A stretch of 55,548 nt of DNA from a virus (Duplodnaviria; Caudoviricetes): positions 1-55,548 of IMG/VR virus record IMGVR_UViG_3300038466_000036. One strand, 5' to 3'. The position numbers and the translations under genes are program-made. The notes below the pieces were generated by a model. The model worked only from the letters and a program-made list of their open reading frames with translations, ran no database searches and was not told the origin of the DNA. Positions 9,201 to 19,412 of the stretch are shown piece by piece; the first letter of the stretch is position 1, and the number at the start of each line of letters is the position of its first letter.

Positions 9201-10895
9201 CTGACCATATAGAATTCCTCCTATAATAGCATTCTTAGCGCTCTTACCGGCCCACTCCGGATCCGCTTCTTTTTTCTTAGCTATATACGAAGATACTTTC
9301 CTTCTAACAGCTTTTCCAAGCGCTTCCGCACCACCACGGGCACGCGGCTTTTTCATCTCTCTATCAATCTTAAATCCTTCCCTCAGATAATCTCCTATTT
9401 GATACAACATAAAATTGTTTTCCCTTGCGGAAAATCTTGATGAAATATATAACAGTCCTAATAATTTATATATAGAACCCATAAGACCGGATTTTGCCGG
9501 ATTTGGTATATCAGAGGCGAATCCTGCTCCCGTCCACGATGGAAACGCATATCCTATAATCTTCTTAGGAGCTAAAGTTCCAGCTAATTGATTAAAAATA
9601 CCCGACGCCTCGTCTTTAAAATCATCCATCCATATTTTAGAAGCCTGATAAACTTCTCCTTTAACATCACCAGTCGCCATGGCTTTCTTTGCGGCTCTAC
9701 CAAGACGTGTTCTTGTCGGCATCGCTGTAAGAGAAGTACCAAACACCTGGGCAGTCATAAATTCAGATTGGGACAACATAGTTGAATATATCTGGGATAA
9801 TATTTTCGTTTGTTGTGTATCTGTTGGGGCGGCAGGTATGAAATTGAGGGGCCTGTTAGTAAAATCTGTCATAATATTTTTATTCATATGATACTTTTTT
9901 AACCCTTGGCTAATCTTTTCCTTATGTTCTTGACTTAGATGATGTCCGGGGGTCGTATAATAATCAAACGGAGTTGATTCCCCAGGATCGATATTAGAAG
10001 GGGCAGAGTAACTATATGCCCTACTGTTATTATCCGTATACGATATATTATGAGATCTTCTTCCGGCAAGCATGCTGTACGCTTTTCTTGCCGGAGCAGT
10101 AGCGGCGCTACCGAATCTTCCAGTTGTACTATAAGCACGATCAATATATTCTCTACGGTCTAATTTTCTTCTCGGACCGTCTTCTTGATCATATCCTTCC
10201 CTCTCATCTCTCTTCCTCGTAAATACAGACAATCCGGTCTGTCTGGCATGAGAACCTACTATGCCACCGCCAAGGGCAATACTCATTAATTTACCAAAAT
10301 CTTCTTTGGTTGTATCTCCTTGTCTAATCTGGTTTCTCATATTTCTACCAAATTCTCTTCTGGCATCTCCACCGGTCAGAGAATCCGCAAGACGATACGG
10401 AGCAGTCACCCCACTCCACGCAGCCCGGCGTATTCTATCCTGCGCATAAGAAATATTACCAATTAATCCTGATGCTGTTCTATGCAATCCACGAACAGAT
10501 GTTGAAAACGCCCGCATCGCCATAGAGTTCTCTTTTGATGCTCTTATATAATCCTTAGTAATCGAGGTAAAGTTATCCATACTTTCCGACAGACTTGCCG
10601 CACTGTCATCAAATGTTTCCATTGATTCGGCAAGCCCGTCGGAACCGGATCTGTTATTTAGAGAGTTAGATCCTAACGATCTGTTACCAGTCGCATTAAA
10701 TGCTCTATAACTCGACATCTTGGTGGCATGAGAACTATTTCTAATATCAGACAGGGTTTTATCGAGTCTTGTGAGTACATTATAAATCTGTTTTTGCTGT
10801 TTTTCTTCACCCTGTTTCTTAATATTCATCTCATATAAAACATCCGCAATACTTTTTCCTTCTTGTTTTGTATTGTTATCGTTAGGATTGTCCAT
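6270..10895 (-). CDS. tape-measure-like protein with C-terminal M23 family peptidase
   Basis: 1541 aa, G/K/A-rich and helical, with a hydrophobic segment (LWPILIPLLGTAAGGILG). M23 motifs HQGVD, YIHMD and HLHLE. Confidence 0.8.
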   Translation of the reverse strand: MDNPNDNNTKQEGKSIADVLYEMNIKKQGEEKQQKQIYNVLTRLDKTLSDIRNSSHATKMSSYRAFNATGNRSLGSNSLNNRSGSDGLAESMETFDDSAASLSESMDNFTSITKDYIRASKENSMAMRAFSTSVRGLHRTASGLIGNISYAQDRIRRAAWSGVTAPYRLADSLTGGDARREFGRNMRNQIRQGDTTKEDFGKLMSIALGGGIVGSHARQTGLSVFTRKRDEREGYDQEDGPRRKLDRREYIDRAYSTTGRFGSAATAPARKAYSMLAGRRSHNISYTDNNSRAYSYSAPSNIDPGESTPFDYYTTPGHHLSQEHKEKISQGLKKYHMNKNIMTDFTNRPLNFIPAAPTDTQQTKILSQIYSTMLSQSEFMTAQVFGTSLTAMPTRTRLGRAAKKAMATGDVKGEVYQASKIWMDDFKDEASGIFNQLAGTLAPKKIIGYAFPSWTGAGFASDIPNPAKSGLMGSIYKLLGLLYISSRFSARENNFMLYQIGDYLREGFKIDREMKKPRARGGAEALGKAVRRKVSSYIAKKKEADPEWAGKSAKNAIIGGILYGQNVYEGAKSTYENIRSSKSKSGLIGVMNTVQDDLKREFDPENKKGIFGKTRGLLTDEKTGWFPRIVDKMSGTLNEFNTKLTDTDDKKSFFGIMKNMIPMWIRKSSVHFTNAMFNKLLFPFHKKMISFFDSFFDIKSHYKGKMEGKTGAWNKVKAGASAVYNKPVKAFGRMGGDLLFYNVLGISRKDMALFDSARDIVREATKEYLTPGAAEVVDSGVDLMMQKLFFFMNAIGSTASGLWTLVKGPSSRRDMLKIGGITKGSGGKRSFSFGGLPKPAEHVGLRQQFQWGGQYGPKEGRFKEAGKKFIGPIYSFDKNSPGMLNTIGKGLKSIKKMGGPSGLWDEMRGSYRKTASAVASQAHDVLSGVKMLGSKGLGALGGILKKKGTGGVHDDPPGSVSTGGRLAISEAPEAHIPLKNGFLPVKLDLGGGNSKSGEGPFAYLQQMADEQWEIGTKTFQILKLASYDTPGVKNIKIKTKGKRRFQDVRKVLGFDLLGPIKMLFNTMTGGMSTIGPPIGGFVSKLWPILIPLLGTAAGGILGSLGVDSQDREQKKAEQVTSKATAAYVGALRTAGEDTDQRRIYTALAKLPNMKINKERGLISSISSQGDENIFTAAMEEELLKNKKLFINMTPQEIESHYYQYISSGGHHAGKGGSVMAVDPAERGTQIAKEFSFYISKINRAKNTLPAATGSTAAPAKSAVYSNGRKTANTVYTSNGFNIAYPTETKLITSGIGETRIRPQGRGIHQGVDVRAYKGQQIYAVMGGVVSRAGGGTHNTLVVDQADGTKARYIHMDSIIVNKGDRVSAGQLLGLSGNAGMIDKSRTAAHLHLEILKDGKAIDPEAWFAGYGLGFEKKPGVNTTNPTINTSAIQSTSTPSLSSNKIVESSGDSTPIITKTDIVNKFVADKSHEAQMNGLTRDAIQQLNDGGQQLINMINMSNMNVNSANIPSMANTNRQSNNGGTYDDIDIKLDKLFYAEFA

Positions 10896-10920
10896 TGTGT
10901 ATTCCTTTTGCTAAAAAATT

Positions 10921-11610
10921 TTATTCATCGAATTGTGAAAATATACTTTCAGAAACTGTGGAATGTTCTTTAGCGTGGTCTTTATACTTGTCATATAACT
11001 TCTTTCCACCATATCCAAGACCAGCAACAGTAGCAGTCCCGAGGGCGGTTATAGCTCCGTATTTGCCTGCTTTCCTGGCAGTCTTACCTGTCTTGGTCAA
11101 TGCGTTCTTAACCTTCGGATATTTCTGAAGTATATCTTCCACTGTTTCAACAGGATGTTTGATCTTTTTCATTCCAGATTCTATAGAGGTTTTTGCTTTT
11201 CCAGAAATGTAATCTGAAATCATAGGTCTTACTTCCGATCTGACCAATTTCAAAATAGTATCCCGTGTACCAATATCACCATACTTCTTATCTCCAAGTT
11301 TTCTGATATATTCGGGAAATGAGAATTTACCCTGTAAATATTCATTAGTAATATTCTGCGCGGTCTGGCTTTTAATTTTTGGGAGTTCTTCCTGTACTAC
11401 CATGTCAATCATATGATCTAAATTTCTGGAGAAAATCTCGTTTTTTTCAAGATCTAACAGTTTAGACCATATATCCTCAAAAGAACCACTAAAGAATTTT
11501 CCAAGTAATCTTTCATCTTTAGGAAATATCGATTGTATAGCCGTTAACGCGCCTTGGGATTCGTTCAAAAATGTTTGTACATAATTCATAACGAAAATAC
11601 GTCCTTTCAT
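10921..11610 (-). CDS. putative virion protein with a C-terminal hydrophobic helix (start may be 11589)
   Basis: N-terminus MNYVQTFLNES. A basic stretch precedes YGAITALGTATVAGLGYGG. Confidence 0.6.
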   Translation of the reverse strand: MKGRIFVMNYVQTFLNESQGALTAIQSIFPKDERLLGKFFSGSFEDIWSKLLDLEKNEIFSRNLDHMIDMVVQEELPKIKSQTAQNITNEYLQGKFSFPEYIRKLGDKKYGDIGTRDTILKLVRSEVRPMISDYISGKAKTSIESGMKKIKHPVETVEDILQKYPKVKNALTKTGKTARKAGKYGAITALGTATVAGLGYGGKKLYDKYKDHAKEHSTVSESIFSQFDE

Positions 11611-11628
11611 TACGATAGAATTTATAAT

Positions 11629-12198
11629 TTATTTGTATTTGTTTACCATCTTTGATAAACGGCTTACTTCTTTATGTAATTCTCCATTGGATGGATCCGC
11701 ATCAAGAGCATGTTCAGCCAATCTTAATTGTGTAATATAATAATTTTTTCTACATGCGGTATATTTATCGCCGGAATAATTATTACATACTTTATTCATC
11801 TCTTCATGCATCTTTTTATGTAAATACGCATATGCGGCAAGAACAGTGGCTGTTACAGGTATGGCTACCGACGCGGTTCTTGCCATATTGATAAACCGTT
11901 TCTTTTTGAATAATGTATCTAAGTCGCCCACCCGAACATCGGGTTTAACCTCCTCTAAACCAAGTATCGACTTAACTCCTTTTAAAATTGATCCTAATTC
12001 TCCGAACAAAGGACTTTCCAGTTCGGCTTTCGGTTTTTTCTTTAAATTAGCTTTATAAAATTCTTTAGCGCTTGAATATGGTCTTTCTGTATTCGGATTT
12101 ATCTCCTGTGTAACATCCTTCTCGATTTCTCCAATCTTGGCTTTAACATCAGCCATATCTTTTTTCCACCAATCGGCAATACCTTCGGAAATAAACAT
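11629..12198 (-). CDS. MFISE-family putative internal virion membrane protein
   Basis: N-terminus MFISEGI, hydrophobic VAIPVTATVLAAYAYL and C-x10-C-x19-P. Confidence 0.7.
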   Translation of the reverse strand: MFISEGIADWWKKDMADVKAKIGEIEKDVTQEINPNTERPYSSAKEFYKANLKKKPKAELESPLFGELGSILKGVKSILGLEEVKPDVRVGDLDTLFKKKRFINMARTASVAIPVTATVLAAYAYLHKKMHEEMNKVCNNYSGDKYTACRKNYYITQLRLAEHALDADPSNGELHKEVSRLSKMVNKYK

Positions 12199-12202
12199 GT
12201 GT

Positions 12203-13147
12203 CTATTGCTCCTTAAATTTTAAACTGTTTATGAGTTTTATGTTTCCGGAATTCAAATTGACTGAATTGAAAATACATATAATTTCACTTGGAAAAATCA
12301 TTTCCTGACCAGGGGTGGTAAAAGATAAAAGGTTTTTTACCCCCATATCATCATAAGTTTTTTCATATAAATGTAATAAATTTAAATATACTTTTTTCAT
12401 TCCGGGTTCTGAAACAGAACTGTTTTGTGTTATTACCCGAAATGGTAAATAAAACAGACTAAGATAAAGATCAGCATTTTTCGGATCTGTTACTGTAAGA
12501 AATAATTTTTTCCATATATTGAAAGTTCCAATAACATTCGGCTGATGTGTAAAATTACTGTCGTTTAATTTCGATACTTTTATAATCGCGTCCGAAATAT
12601 CTTCTTCCTCTAAGGTTCTTAAATTTTTACTTATACCGTTAAAAATGGATTTATAAAACGGGATCAGTACAGATTTGAGATTAATATCCATAAACGTTTT
12701 CCATTCCATCACAGAACATAGATGGGTTAGTTCATGAATAAGATAAGGCCCTAAATCCCGCATTACATTACCAAACAAATTGACATTCTCATCAAGAACA
12801 ATAGCTATTTGTTTATCCACTACAGAAATATATCCAGCATAACCCTTTTTAGGATCTCTATGGTTAAAATCCCGCCATCTGGTTCCTATAAAGTTAAACA
12901 GCCCACCATCCTCATATCCTATAAGTATAATTTGTTTATCCATACCTTCCATGATTTTCTTATAGATTTTGGAAATGGATTTATCTGATGAAAGGACATT
13001 TAGAACGTGATTTTCTATCCGTTCGTTTGATTTTATTTTCGTCCCGTCTATTATACCTATAGGACTGAGGTTGAATGGTATTAAGTGGACAAATTCATCT
13101 AATAAAACATCGTAAGAAATTGAATTGCTCAAAATTAATTCCTCCAT
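12203..13147 (-). CDS. putative zincin-like metallopeptidase
   Basis: HExxH motif (LIHELTHL), with the late motif directly upstream. Confidence 0.45.
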   Translation of the reverse strand: MEELILSNSISYDVLLDEFVHLIPFNLSPIGIIDGTKIKSNERIENHVLNVLSSDKSISKIYKKIMEGMDKQIILIGYEDGGLFNFIGTRWRDFNHRDPKKGYAGYISVVDKQIAIVLDENVNLFGNVMRDLGPYLIHELTHLCSVMEWKTFMDINLKSVLIPFYKSIFNGISKNLRTLEEEDISDAIIKVSKLNDSNFTHQPNVIGTFNIWKKLFLTVTDPKNADLYLSLFYLPFRVITQNSSVSEPGMKKVYLNLLHLYEKTYDDMGVKNLLSFTTPGQEMIFPSEIICIFNSVNLNSGNIKLINSLKFKEQ

Positions 13148-13151
13148 ATTT

Positions 13152-13164
13152 TTATAATTTGTCC
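13152..13164 (-). promoter_or_regulatory. putative late promoter motif GGACAAATTATAA
   Basis: ttataatttgtcc on the plus strand, 4 nt from the ATG at 13147. Confidence 0.6.
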
Positions 13165-13183
13165 TTTTGATACTTACTTATAA

Positions 13184-15004
13184 TTAGAATTTCCTAAACA
13201 CGTTATAATTATCGACTATCGTTGTAGGATCAAAACAATTTCCGGCGTACTTCTCGAAGTTATCTCTAATGAGTTTATCGAGTTTATCCATCTCTTTATT
13301 CACATTTTTAGTATCCAAATGAATCATTCTATTATCAGCGTTAAATCCTTGTAACCAGGAATCATTATTCTCGCCTATATTGTTTTCCACATCTTTTGCA
13401 TCCATCTGTTCCGGAGCATTATTAATCGATGTGGACATAACCGATTGGGAATGTACTATGGTTTCTTTAAGGTACATTCTTGCATAACAACAAAAAGCAT
13501 AAGCCATTACCAAGTCGTCTGTATATCCAAAATCAGCCTCTACCTTTTCAGACTTACTTCTCGAACTCTGATTTAAAACAAGTCCTGTAAGTTCCATGGC
13601 AAGACCTTCGGATTTTATACTATGTACATTTTCCACAACATATTTATATAATGCGTCTATTATCAACGGTCTATACTTAGTGTTGTTATTTATACCAGGA
13701 ACAAACATTTTCTTTCTTGGGACTGACGAGTTTCCCTTATTGACCTTTTTTCTCATCCGAGAATCGACTTTTTTCTCCTGCCATTTTCCATATACATTAT
13801 ATGAAAACAAAGCATCATCATACATCTCTTCACACACCTGATTACCACAGGAGTTGTTTTCTATTAAAAGCAGATTCTTCGGGACAAGTTTGGCGACCGC
13901 CTTCACAACATCAACGAATTTCTTTACGGTAAGTTTTCCTCTAAATTCAAGAATCTGATCCATATTTTCATAATCAAGAACTTGTATGGTTGAAAAATCA
14001 CTTCCATACTCTGTAGCTGTATCAACACCTATAAGATAGAATTTATCTTTATTTACTTCCGCATACTGGTAGATATACGAATCCTCATTTATCCTAATTT
14101 TATGAATAATATTACTTTTAACAGATTGGAGTGTTGTATAAATATGCTCCGGAAAAATACCCCCCTCGGGAACAAATTGTAACTCAAGTTCCTGGGCTAT
14201 TTTCTTGGGATTATTTCCTAAAATTTCACATTGGTTTCTATACCAGTCTGGGTCGTTAGCAAAAGCCGGAATTTCTTTCCAATGTACCTTTTGAGGTTTC
14301 CATAATCCATCCGGATTTATCGTGGATTGTGTCCATCTATCAAAAAACCATTTACCAATACCTTCAGTTCTATTTGGAGTCGATAATACAATGGTTCCAA
14401 ACGGAATATTATTAATTCTGGCATCCATATGTCCTTTAGACATGGCAGGACCGACACCTTCCCATGCCTTGTCCATATTAATTATATGTGCAGCCTCATC
14501 TATTATCAGTATCGTAAGGGTTTTACCCCGGAATACAGCACCAGGATTCTGAGGGGAGACAGCGGCAGACCACAACTGACATCCTGTGGATGTTTTAAAA
14601 CTTTTCGCATTTTTAAATCCACCCTTAACAGGACTAAAATCCGGAGTCATCCACTTTGGCAGTTTTTCCAGTATATCAATACATTTTCTGTTAAAATCAG
14701 CAGACTCATCCGCGTTTCTGGATATGATACCCATAACCACATTCTTATAAAATGTAGCCATGTGAGCAACAATAATCTGCGAAGCAGTAGAAAATCCTGT
14801 CTGTCTCGATTTTAATATTGTAAGATAATGATACTTGTTAAACTCATTTATTACTCTTCGTTGGGCATCGTGTAAGCAACATAATTGATCTCGCCCTCCT
14901 ATGGGAAGATAGACATATTTTTCCGCCCAATAAATTAAATCGTTCTTACATTTCAACCATTCCTGTGCTCTTAGTATATCCTCGTGTGTTATATTTTTTC
15001 CCAT
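13184..15004 (-). CDS. terL: terminase large subunit (T4 gp17-like)
   Basis: Walker A KSRQTGFST, Walker B LIIDEAA, coupling motif STP, nuclease motifs IGVDTA and DDLVMA. Confidence 0.95.
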   Translation of the reverse strand: MGKNITHEDILRAQEWLKCKNDLIYWAEKYVYLPIGGRDQLCCLHDAQRRVINEFNKYHYLTILKSRQTGFSTASQIIVAHMATFYKNVVMGIISRNADESADFNRKCIDILEKLPKWMTPDFSPVKGGFKNAKSFKTSTGCQLWSAAVSPQNPGAVFRGKTLTILIIDEAAHIINMDKAWEGVGPAMSKGHMDARINNIPFGTIVLSTPNRTEGIGKWFFDRWTQSTINPDGLWKPQKVHWKEIPAFANDPDWYRNQCEILGNNPKKIAQELELQFVPEGGIFPEHIYTTLQSVKSNIIHKIRINEDSYIYQYAEVNKDKFYLIGVDTATEYGSDFSTIQVLDYENMDQILEFRGKLTVKKFVDVVKAVAKLVPKNLLLIENNSCGNQVCEEMYDDALFSYNVYGKWQEKKVDSRMRKKVNKGNSSVPRKKMFVPGINNNTKYRPLIIDALYKYVVENVHSIKSEGLAMELTGLVLNQSSRSKSEKVEADFGYTDDLVMAYAFCCYARMYLKETIVHSQSVMSTSINNAPEQMDAKDVENNIGENNDSWLQGFNADNRMIHLDTKNVNKEMDKLDKLIRDNFEKYAGNCFDPTTIVDNYNVFRKF

Positions 15005-15012
15005 GTTTATAC

Positions 15013-15693
15013 CTACTTTATAATTGCATCCGTTCTTTTAAATTGTTTCAGGTTTGATATCTCCATAGCCATCAGACCATTTCTACATAGGGCGTTTATT
15101 ACTGTATGCGCCCCCCTATACCGCGCTGGAGATGTATCGAGCTTTATTTTGCCCGGTGGCGGCGGATTTCCTCCGAGTACGTATTTATCCGAATATTTAT
15201 TAAGGTTATCGTTTATCCAGTCATAAACTTCATTTAACGGAAAATCTTTTTTCAAATAAAAATATACATGATAACCTTCGGCGGAATTTACAATTTTATG
15301 ACTATTAGCTGCCTTTGTAAAATCTTTATCGTTTAGTAATTCAGACACGCAATTTTTCATATCCTGCTCATTAACATTATTTCCTTTGTCTATATCTATA
15401 ATCATATAATTAGTCATTAGTTCTCTTTCCACCGCGATCGACAGTGTTCGACCAGATACAACATAATCATAATTAAATTTATCAAGAGTCAAATATCCAT
15501 ATTTTGTTTTCCGTTTGACTATTGTATCATTTAGCTTGGGAACTATAAATAAAAGAATAAATCTAAGATCAATCTCGTTAACAATTTGTTTTTTATATTT
15601 CTGATAATGATTCCAAATCTGAAGTTCCGTTAGTCCCAGGGAATAATAGTTATTTTTAACAACAACCGAAGTTGGATTTTGTGGATATGGCAT
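15013..15693 (-). CDS. archaeo-eukaryotic primase superfamily protein (LigD Pol-domain / PrimPol-like)
   Basis: Motif I IIDID, motif II NSAEGYHVY and motif III IKLD. Confidence 0.65.
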   Translation of the reverse strand: MPYPQNPTSVVVKNNYYSLGLTELQIWNHYQKYKKQIVNEIDLRFILLFIVPKLNDTIVKRKTKYGYLTLDKFNYDYVVSGRTLSIAVERELMTNYMIIDIDKGNNVNEQDMKNCVSELLNDKDFTKAANSHKIVNSAEGYHVYFYLKKDFPLNEVYDWINDNLNKYSDKYVLGGNPPPPGKIKLDTSPARYRGAHTVINALCRNGLMAMEISNLKQFKRTDAIIK

Positions 15694-15694
15694 A

Positions 15695-16765
15695 TTAACA
15701 TATCCTGTTCTTTAGATAAATAGTTATATAATGACAAAAAAACATTAATAATTGTTGCTCGTATATATTTCTATAAAGATATGAATTAGGTAACTTTCTA
15801 ATCAAATTTAAAATCTGTTCCTTTACAGAATAGTCGTTTATTTTCATACCACTGATCATCTTGCGTATTAAATTGTTTCTTTTAGTCTCGACACATACAT
15901 TTTTTAATCCGGACGGCGCGGCCATTCTATGTGTAAGTATCAATATGAACCGCACGTCTTCCTTAAATTCAGATCTTAACAAATCCGCCATTATGGAAGA
16001 ACCGATTTCTTTACGTATTCCTGATTTTGCAATTGCCTGTTGTGCCGCAACTGTGTCATTCTGTCCATATACACACATATTCATAGCGATTTTATCTATA
16101 GCCATTTCTATTCTATCCATGATTTCAGGATCTTTTCCACCAGATTTATCCGGTGTTGCCGATACCTCATAATAAATTTCCGCAAACGATCTTATAGACT
16201 GCGTAATTCTCGTTCTAAGCATATATATAATCTTTACCAAATCATCGTCCGTGAATGTCGTAGAAGCTAAAATAGCTTTGTTTTTCTTGAATTCTTCGAC
16301 CGACAGATATTTGAGAGAAGATGCCACCCCGCCATGAGCCTTATATAAATGCTTATGGGATAACTGATCCAATGCTACAAGAAATGCATCCGGGTTACAA
16401 AATTGAAAAAACTTATGCATACTGCTCGCATGGAATTTTAATGTAATCAGATTAAACCAATAATACGCATAAGCATCCTGACCTTTTCTTAATAAAGCGA
16501 TAGTACACATAATAAGAAATATTGTAAAGTCATCATTTAATAACGAAAAACTTTTATATTTTTCACTTATGTTTTTATTTTTAAATTCATTTACATGTAC
16601 CCTGTTTATATGGACACTTTCCAGTAAATCGTTATAATATCTATTAAGTTTTCCGTAATAACACGCCTTGTCTGAGTTTACCATTTCACTACCACTAATC
16701 ATCAACATTTTTTTATGTACTTTTTCATCGTAATATATTGGCGGTAAATAAGTTAATTTAGCCAT
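15695..16765 (-). CDS. hypothetical helical protein
   Basis: 356-aa ORF with a GGGAGG SD, closely packed in the operon. Confidence 0.75.
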   Translation of the reverse strand: MAKLTYLPPIYYDEKVHKKMLMISGSEMVNSDKACYYGKLNRYYNDLLESVHINRVHVNEFKNKNISEKYKSFSLLNDDFTIFLIMCTIALLRKGQDAYAYYWFNLITLKFHASSMHKFFQFCNPDAFLVALDQLSHKHLYKAHGGVASSLKYLSVEEFKKNKAILASTTFTDDDLVKIIYMLRTRITQSIRSFAEIYYEVSATPDKSGGKDPEIMDRIEMAIDKIAMNMCVYGQNDTVAAQQAIAKSGIRKEIGSSIMADLLRSEFKEDVRFILILTHRMAAPSGLKNVCVETKRNNLIRKMISGMKINDYSVKEQILNLIRKLPNSYLYRNIYEQQLLMFFCHYITIYLKNRIC

Positions 16766-16779
16766 TCATATCCTCCCAT

Positions 16780-19323
16780 TTACTTTATATCTAAAACGAT
16801 TGTTGATGTGTCGAAATACACTAATTCCGGAGTATATTCTAATAGTTCCTGTTGTGTTAGATCTTCATATACGTCGTATTCAAAGAATATATCGTGTGGT
16901 GGAGATAATAGTTCGCAGTGGTCTACACCAGTAACAGATTGGATAGTGCTAATAATCTCACTTCGATATATAGGTTTATCATATCCAAATTTAGAATATA
17001 ATTCACTAATAAGTTCATCTTTTATTCTTTGCGATAGAGTGTTCGATGTTATACTCGATCCGGATTGTCTCCATACGACCGCATGTATATTAAATGGTAT
17101 AGACATTAATGGTTCGACCACATTATCTCCTGTAAATATATACAATTTAAGTTCATCATCGTCATAAATCAAATCATTGACATATAGTCCGTTTCTTATC
17201 CATGAAGAGGATATAGCCTGCCATTCCGCCACACAAATCGGATCAAACCCGAACACGTTCAGCGCTCCTGTAACCAGATACTTGTCACCATCCGCAGGAG
17301 TAACGGGCAGCGTAATAGGATCTGTAGATTTAACGGTAAATCGTCTTTCATTATAATACATATTTCGTAAATATCCGGTACTGTTCGCAAATTTTAAATT
17401 AATAAAGTCTGTAAGCATTCGATACTGTGTTACATCAAAAGAAATAATTTTATACAATATTTGATCATTAAAATGTACTTGATCGATTGTATCATAATAT
17501 GCTTTTTGAATTACAGGTACATCGTATACACAATTTTGATAATATGGCGCATCCGCCGATGTTTTTACAGCACTATACATAAAATCAGATAAGTCCCGTT
17601 TGATTATAGCGTTAACGGTAGCAGTGAAATAAACAGTTACCGGTGTAGGAGACTGAAGGGAGAATGTTAAAACTCTTTCACCATATCCAATTTCCTGCAC
17701 AAGATAAGTTGTTGAAAAGTAATTAAGCGTACTTCCTGAAGAGTAGTGATGAACCATATCTTTCGTTTCATAATCCCAATCATTTGTAATTTTACATTCA
17801 GCGATAGAATAATCGACACTACCGTCATCATTTACTATTTGGTAATAAAAATCGATAGTTACGTAATCGTCATTCGGGGTGTTTGATCTCGTGATTGTAA
17901 ATTTTGCATAAACGGGAAGAACTTTTAAACTCGATACGCCGCTGCTCAACAATGACGCGGTAATCTCTGCTTCATCCAAAAGATAAATATATTTACATTC
18001 TTTATTTGCTAAATCTATCTCCATGTCAAACAGGGTCTTGTATTCTTCCCCGTCTATAGTAACTTCTTCATATGCGGAAACATATGTTAAATTCGATGAA
18101 TCGAGAACCAACCGGGTATTTCGCATAGGAACAACGCTATCATCATAAATCAATTCCGTAAATAAAGAGATCTCGTTTGTTTTAATATCAGATCTTTTCA
18201 TAACCTCAATAGAAGTGTTAACGGGAAAATCCTCTACAATATACTTCATATTTCTATAATCTTCCATAGTAACAAGTCTTTTTGATGAAGATACATTCGC
18301 CAGTGCAGCGGCTCTAATATCGTCTATTGTAGGAGCGTCAGTTCCTCCGGTAACCGGAGCCGTGTTAATAACTCTTAATTTTATTGGTTTATTAATCGAG
18401 TTATCAGATACGTACAGCTTATCGGTTTTAACAATAGAACCCGCGATAACATTTCCTTTGGCTCCAAGGGTCTTCCCTATAGTAACCTTGCACTGATAGT
18501 TGGATTTTGGTTGTACTCCAATAACCCCATTTCCAAAAGAAATCCTTCCACCGGAACCAGTGGTTCTATACGCAAATCCTTTAACACCAGATGGTACTAA
18601 AAACAATGAATCATACTTGGTCCAAATATCTTCAGTGGATTCTGGGGAGTCCTGAAATGTTACTACTGCCAGAGAAGATAACGAACCAGTAAATGTAAGA
18701 TCCACATGATGAAACTCATAAGGCTCTAAAGAAGGTATTGAAAATTCAAGGGTTTCAAATTCTTCTTGAGAAGCTGTAACTGAAAAATAAACAATATTTT
18801 TGTTGTCGTTTAATCTATAAGGAATATTCTTAACAAGATTGGTTCCTGTGCCTACCTCTTCGATTTCCTGTACCCGTATAATTAGACTATTCGGATCGTT
18901 GGGATTCGTAATATCTATCTGTACAGAATTATTTTGAGTGAACACTGTATTATCAGCCGTATAATATTTAAATCCCGAAGGTATACTAATAGATACATCG
19001 TCAGAAAAATCAATTGAAATTGCTACCATTATCTGAGCCTGGGCGGTAGTCGCAAATGGAGGACTATATCCAAGCATAGATGCCAAATTTAAAACGGATT
19101 CTTTCTGTATAGCTTTGGTGATAAAAAATTCTCTTGATACCGAAGCGTTATAATATAACAAATTCGAAGTCATTGCTGAAATAATATTAATAAGGTATGA
19201 TAAGTATGAAGAGTATGATAAATCTATATTATCCATTTCTAAATAGTCTTTGGCATATTCGATGATCTGCGTTCTAAGTTTATCTCTATCTGAGTAAATT
19301 TTAATTGAGGATTCATCAAACAT
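16780..19323 (-). CDS. baseplate wedge protein (T4 gp6 / baseplate J-like)
   Basis: SVLNLASMLGYSP, ISFGNGVIG, GAKGNV, GGTD...RLVTMEDY and IYRSEIISTIQSVTGV. Confidence 0.88.
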   Translation of the reverse strand: MFDESSIKIYSDRDKLRTQIIEYAKDYLEMDNIDLSYSSYLSYLINIISAMTSNLLYYNASVSREFFITKAIQKESVLNLASMLGYSPPFATTAQAQIMVAISIDFSDDVSISIPSGFKYYTADNTVFTQNNSVQIDITNPNDPNSLIIRVQEIEEVGTGTNLVKNIPYRLNDNKNIVYFSVTASQEEFETLEFSIPSLEPYEFHHVDLTFTGSLSSLAVVTFQDSPESTEDIWTKYDSLFLVPSGVKGFAYRTTGSGGRISFGNGVIGVQPKSNYQCKVTIGKTLGAKGNVIAGSIVKTDKLYVSDNSINKPIKLRVINTAPVTGGTDAPTIDDIRAAALANVSSSKRLVTMEDYRNMKYIVEDFPVNTSIEVMKRSDIKTNEISLFTELIYDDSVVPMRNTRLVLDSSNLTYVSAYEEVTIDGEEYKTLFDMEIDLANKECKYIYLLDEAEITASLLSSGVSSLKVLPVYAKFTITRSNTPNDDYVTIDFYYQIVNDDGSVDYSIAECKITNDWDYETKDMVHHYSSGSTLNYFSTTYLVQEIGYGERVLTFSLQSPTPVTVYFTATVNAIIKRDLSDFMYSAVKTSADAPYYQNCVYDVPVIQKAYYDTIDQVHFNDQILYKIISFDVTQYRMLTDFINLKFANSTGYLRNMYYNERRFTVKSTDPITLPVTPADGDKYLVTGALNVFGFDPICVAEWQAISSSWIRNGLYVNDLIYDDDELKLYIFTGDNVVEPLMSIPFNIHAVVWRQSGSSITSNTLSQRIKDELISELYSKFGYDKPIYRSEIISTIQSVTGVDHCELLSPPHDIFFEYDVYEDLTQQELLEYTPELVYFDTSTIVLDIK

Positions 19324-19364
19324 ATTTTATTACCTACCTTTACCTCGTTTTGGGTATATAGTAA

Positions 19365-19401
19365 AAAATAGGCCGGATATGTGGTATATCCGACCTATTT
19401 T
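19365..19401. terminator. intrinsic terminator
   Basis: aaaataggccggatat...atatccgacctatttt, with A/T runs on both sides. Confidence 0.65.
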
Positions 19402-19412
19402 AATACAAGTCA

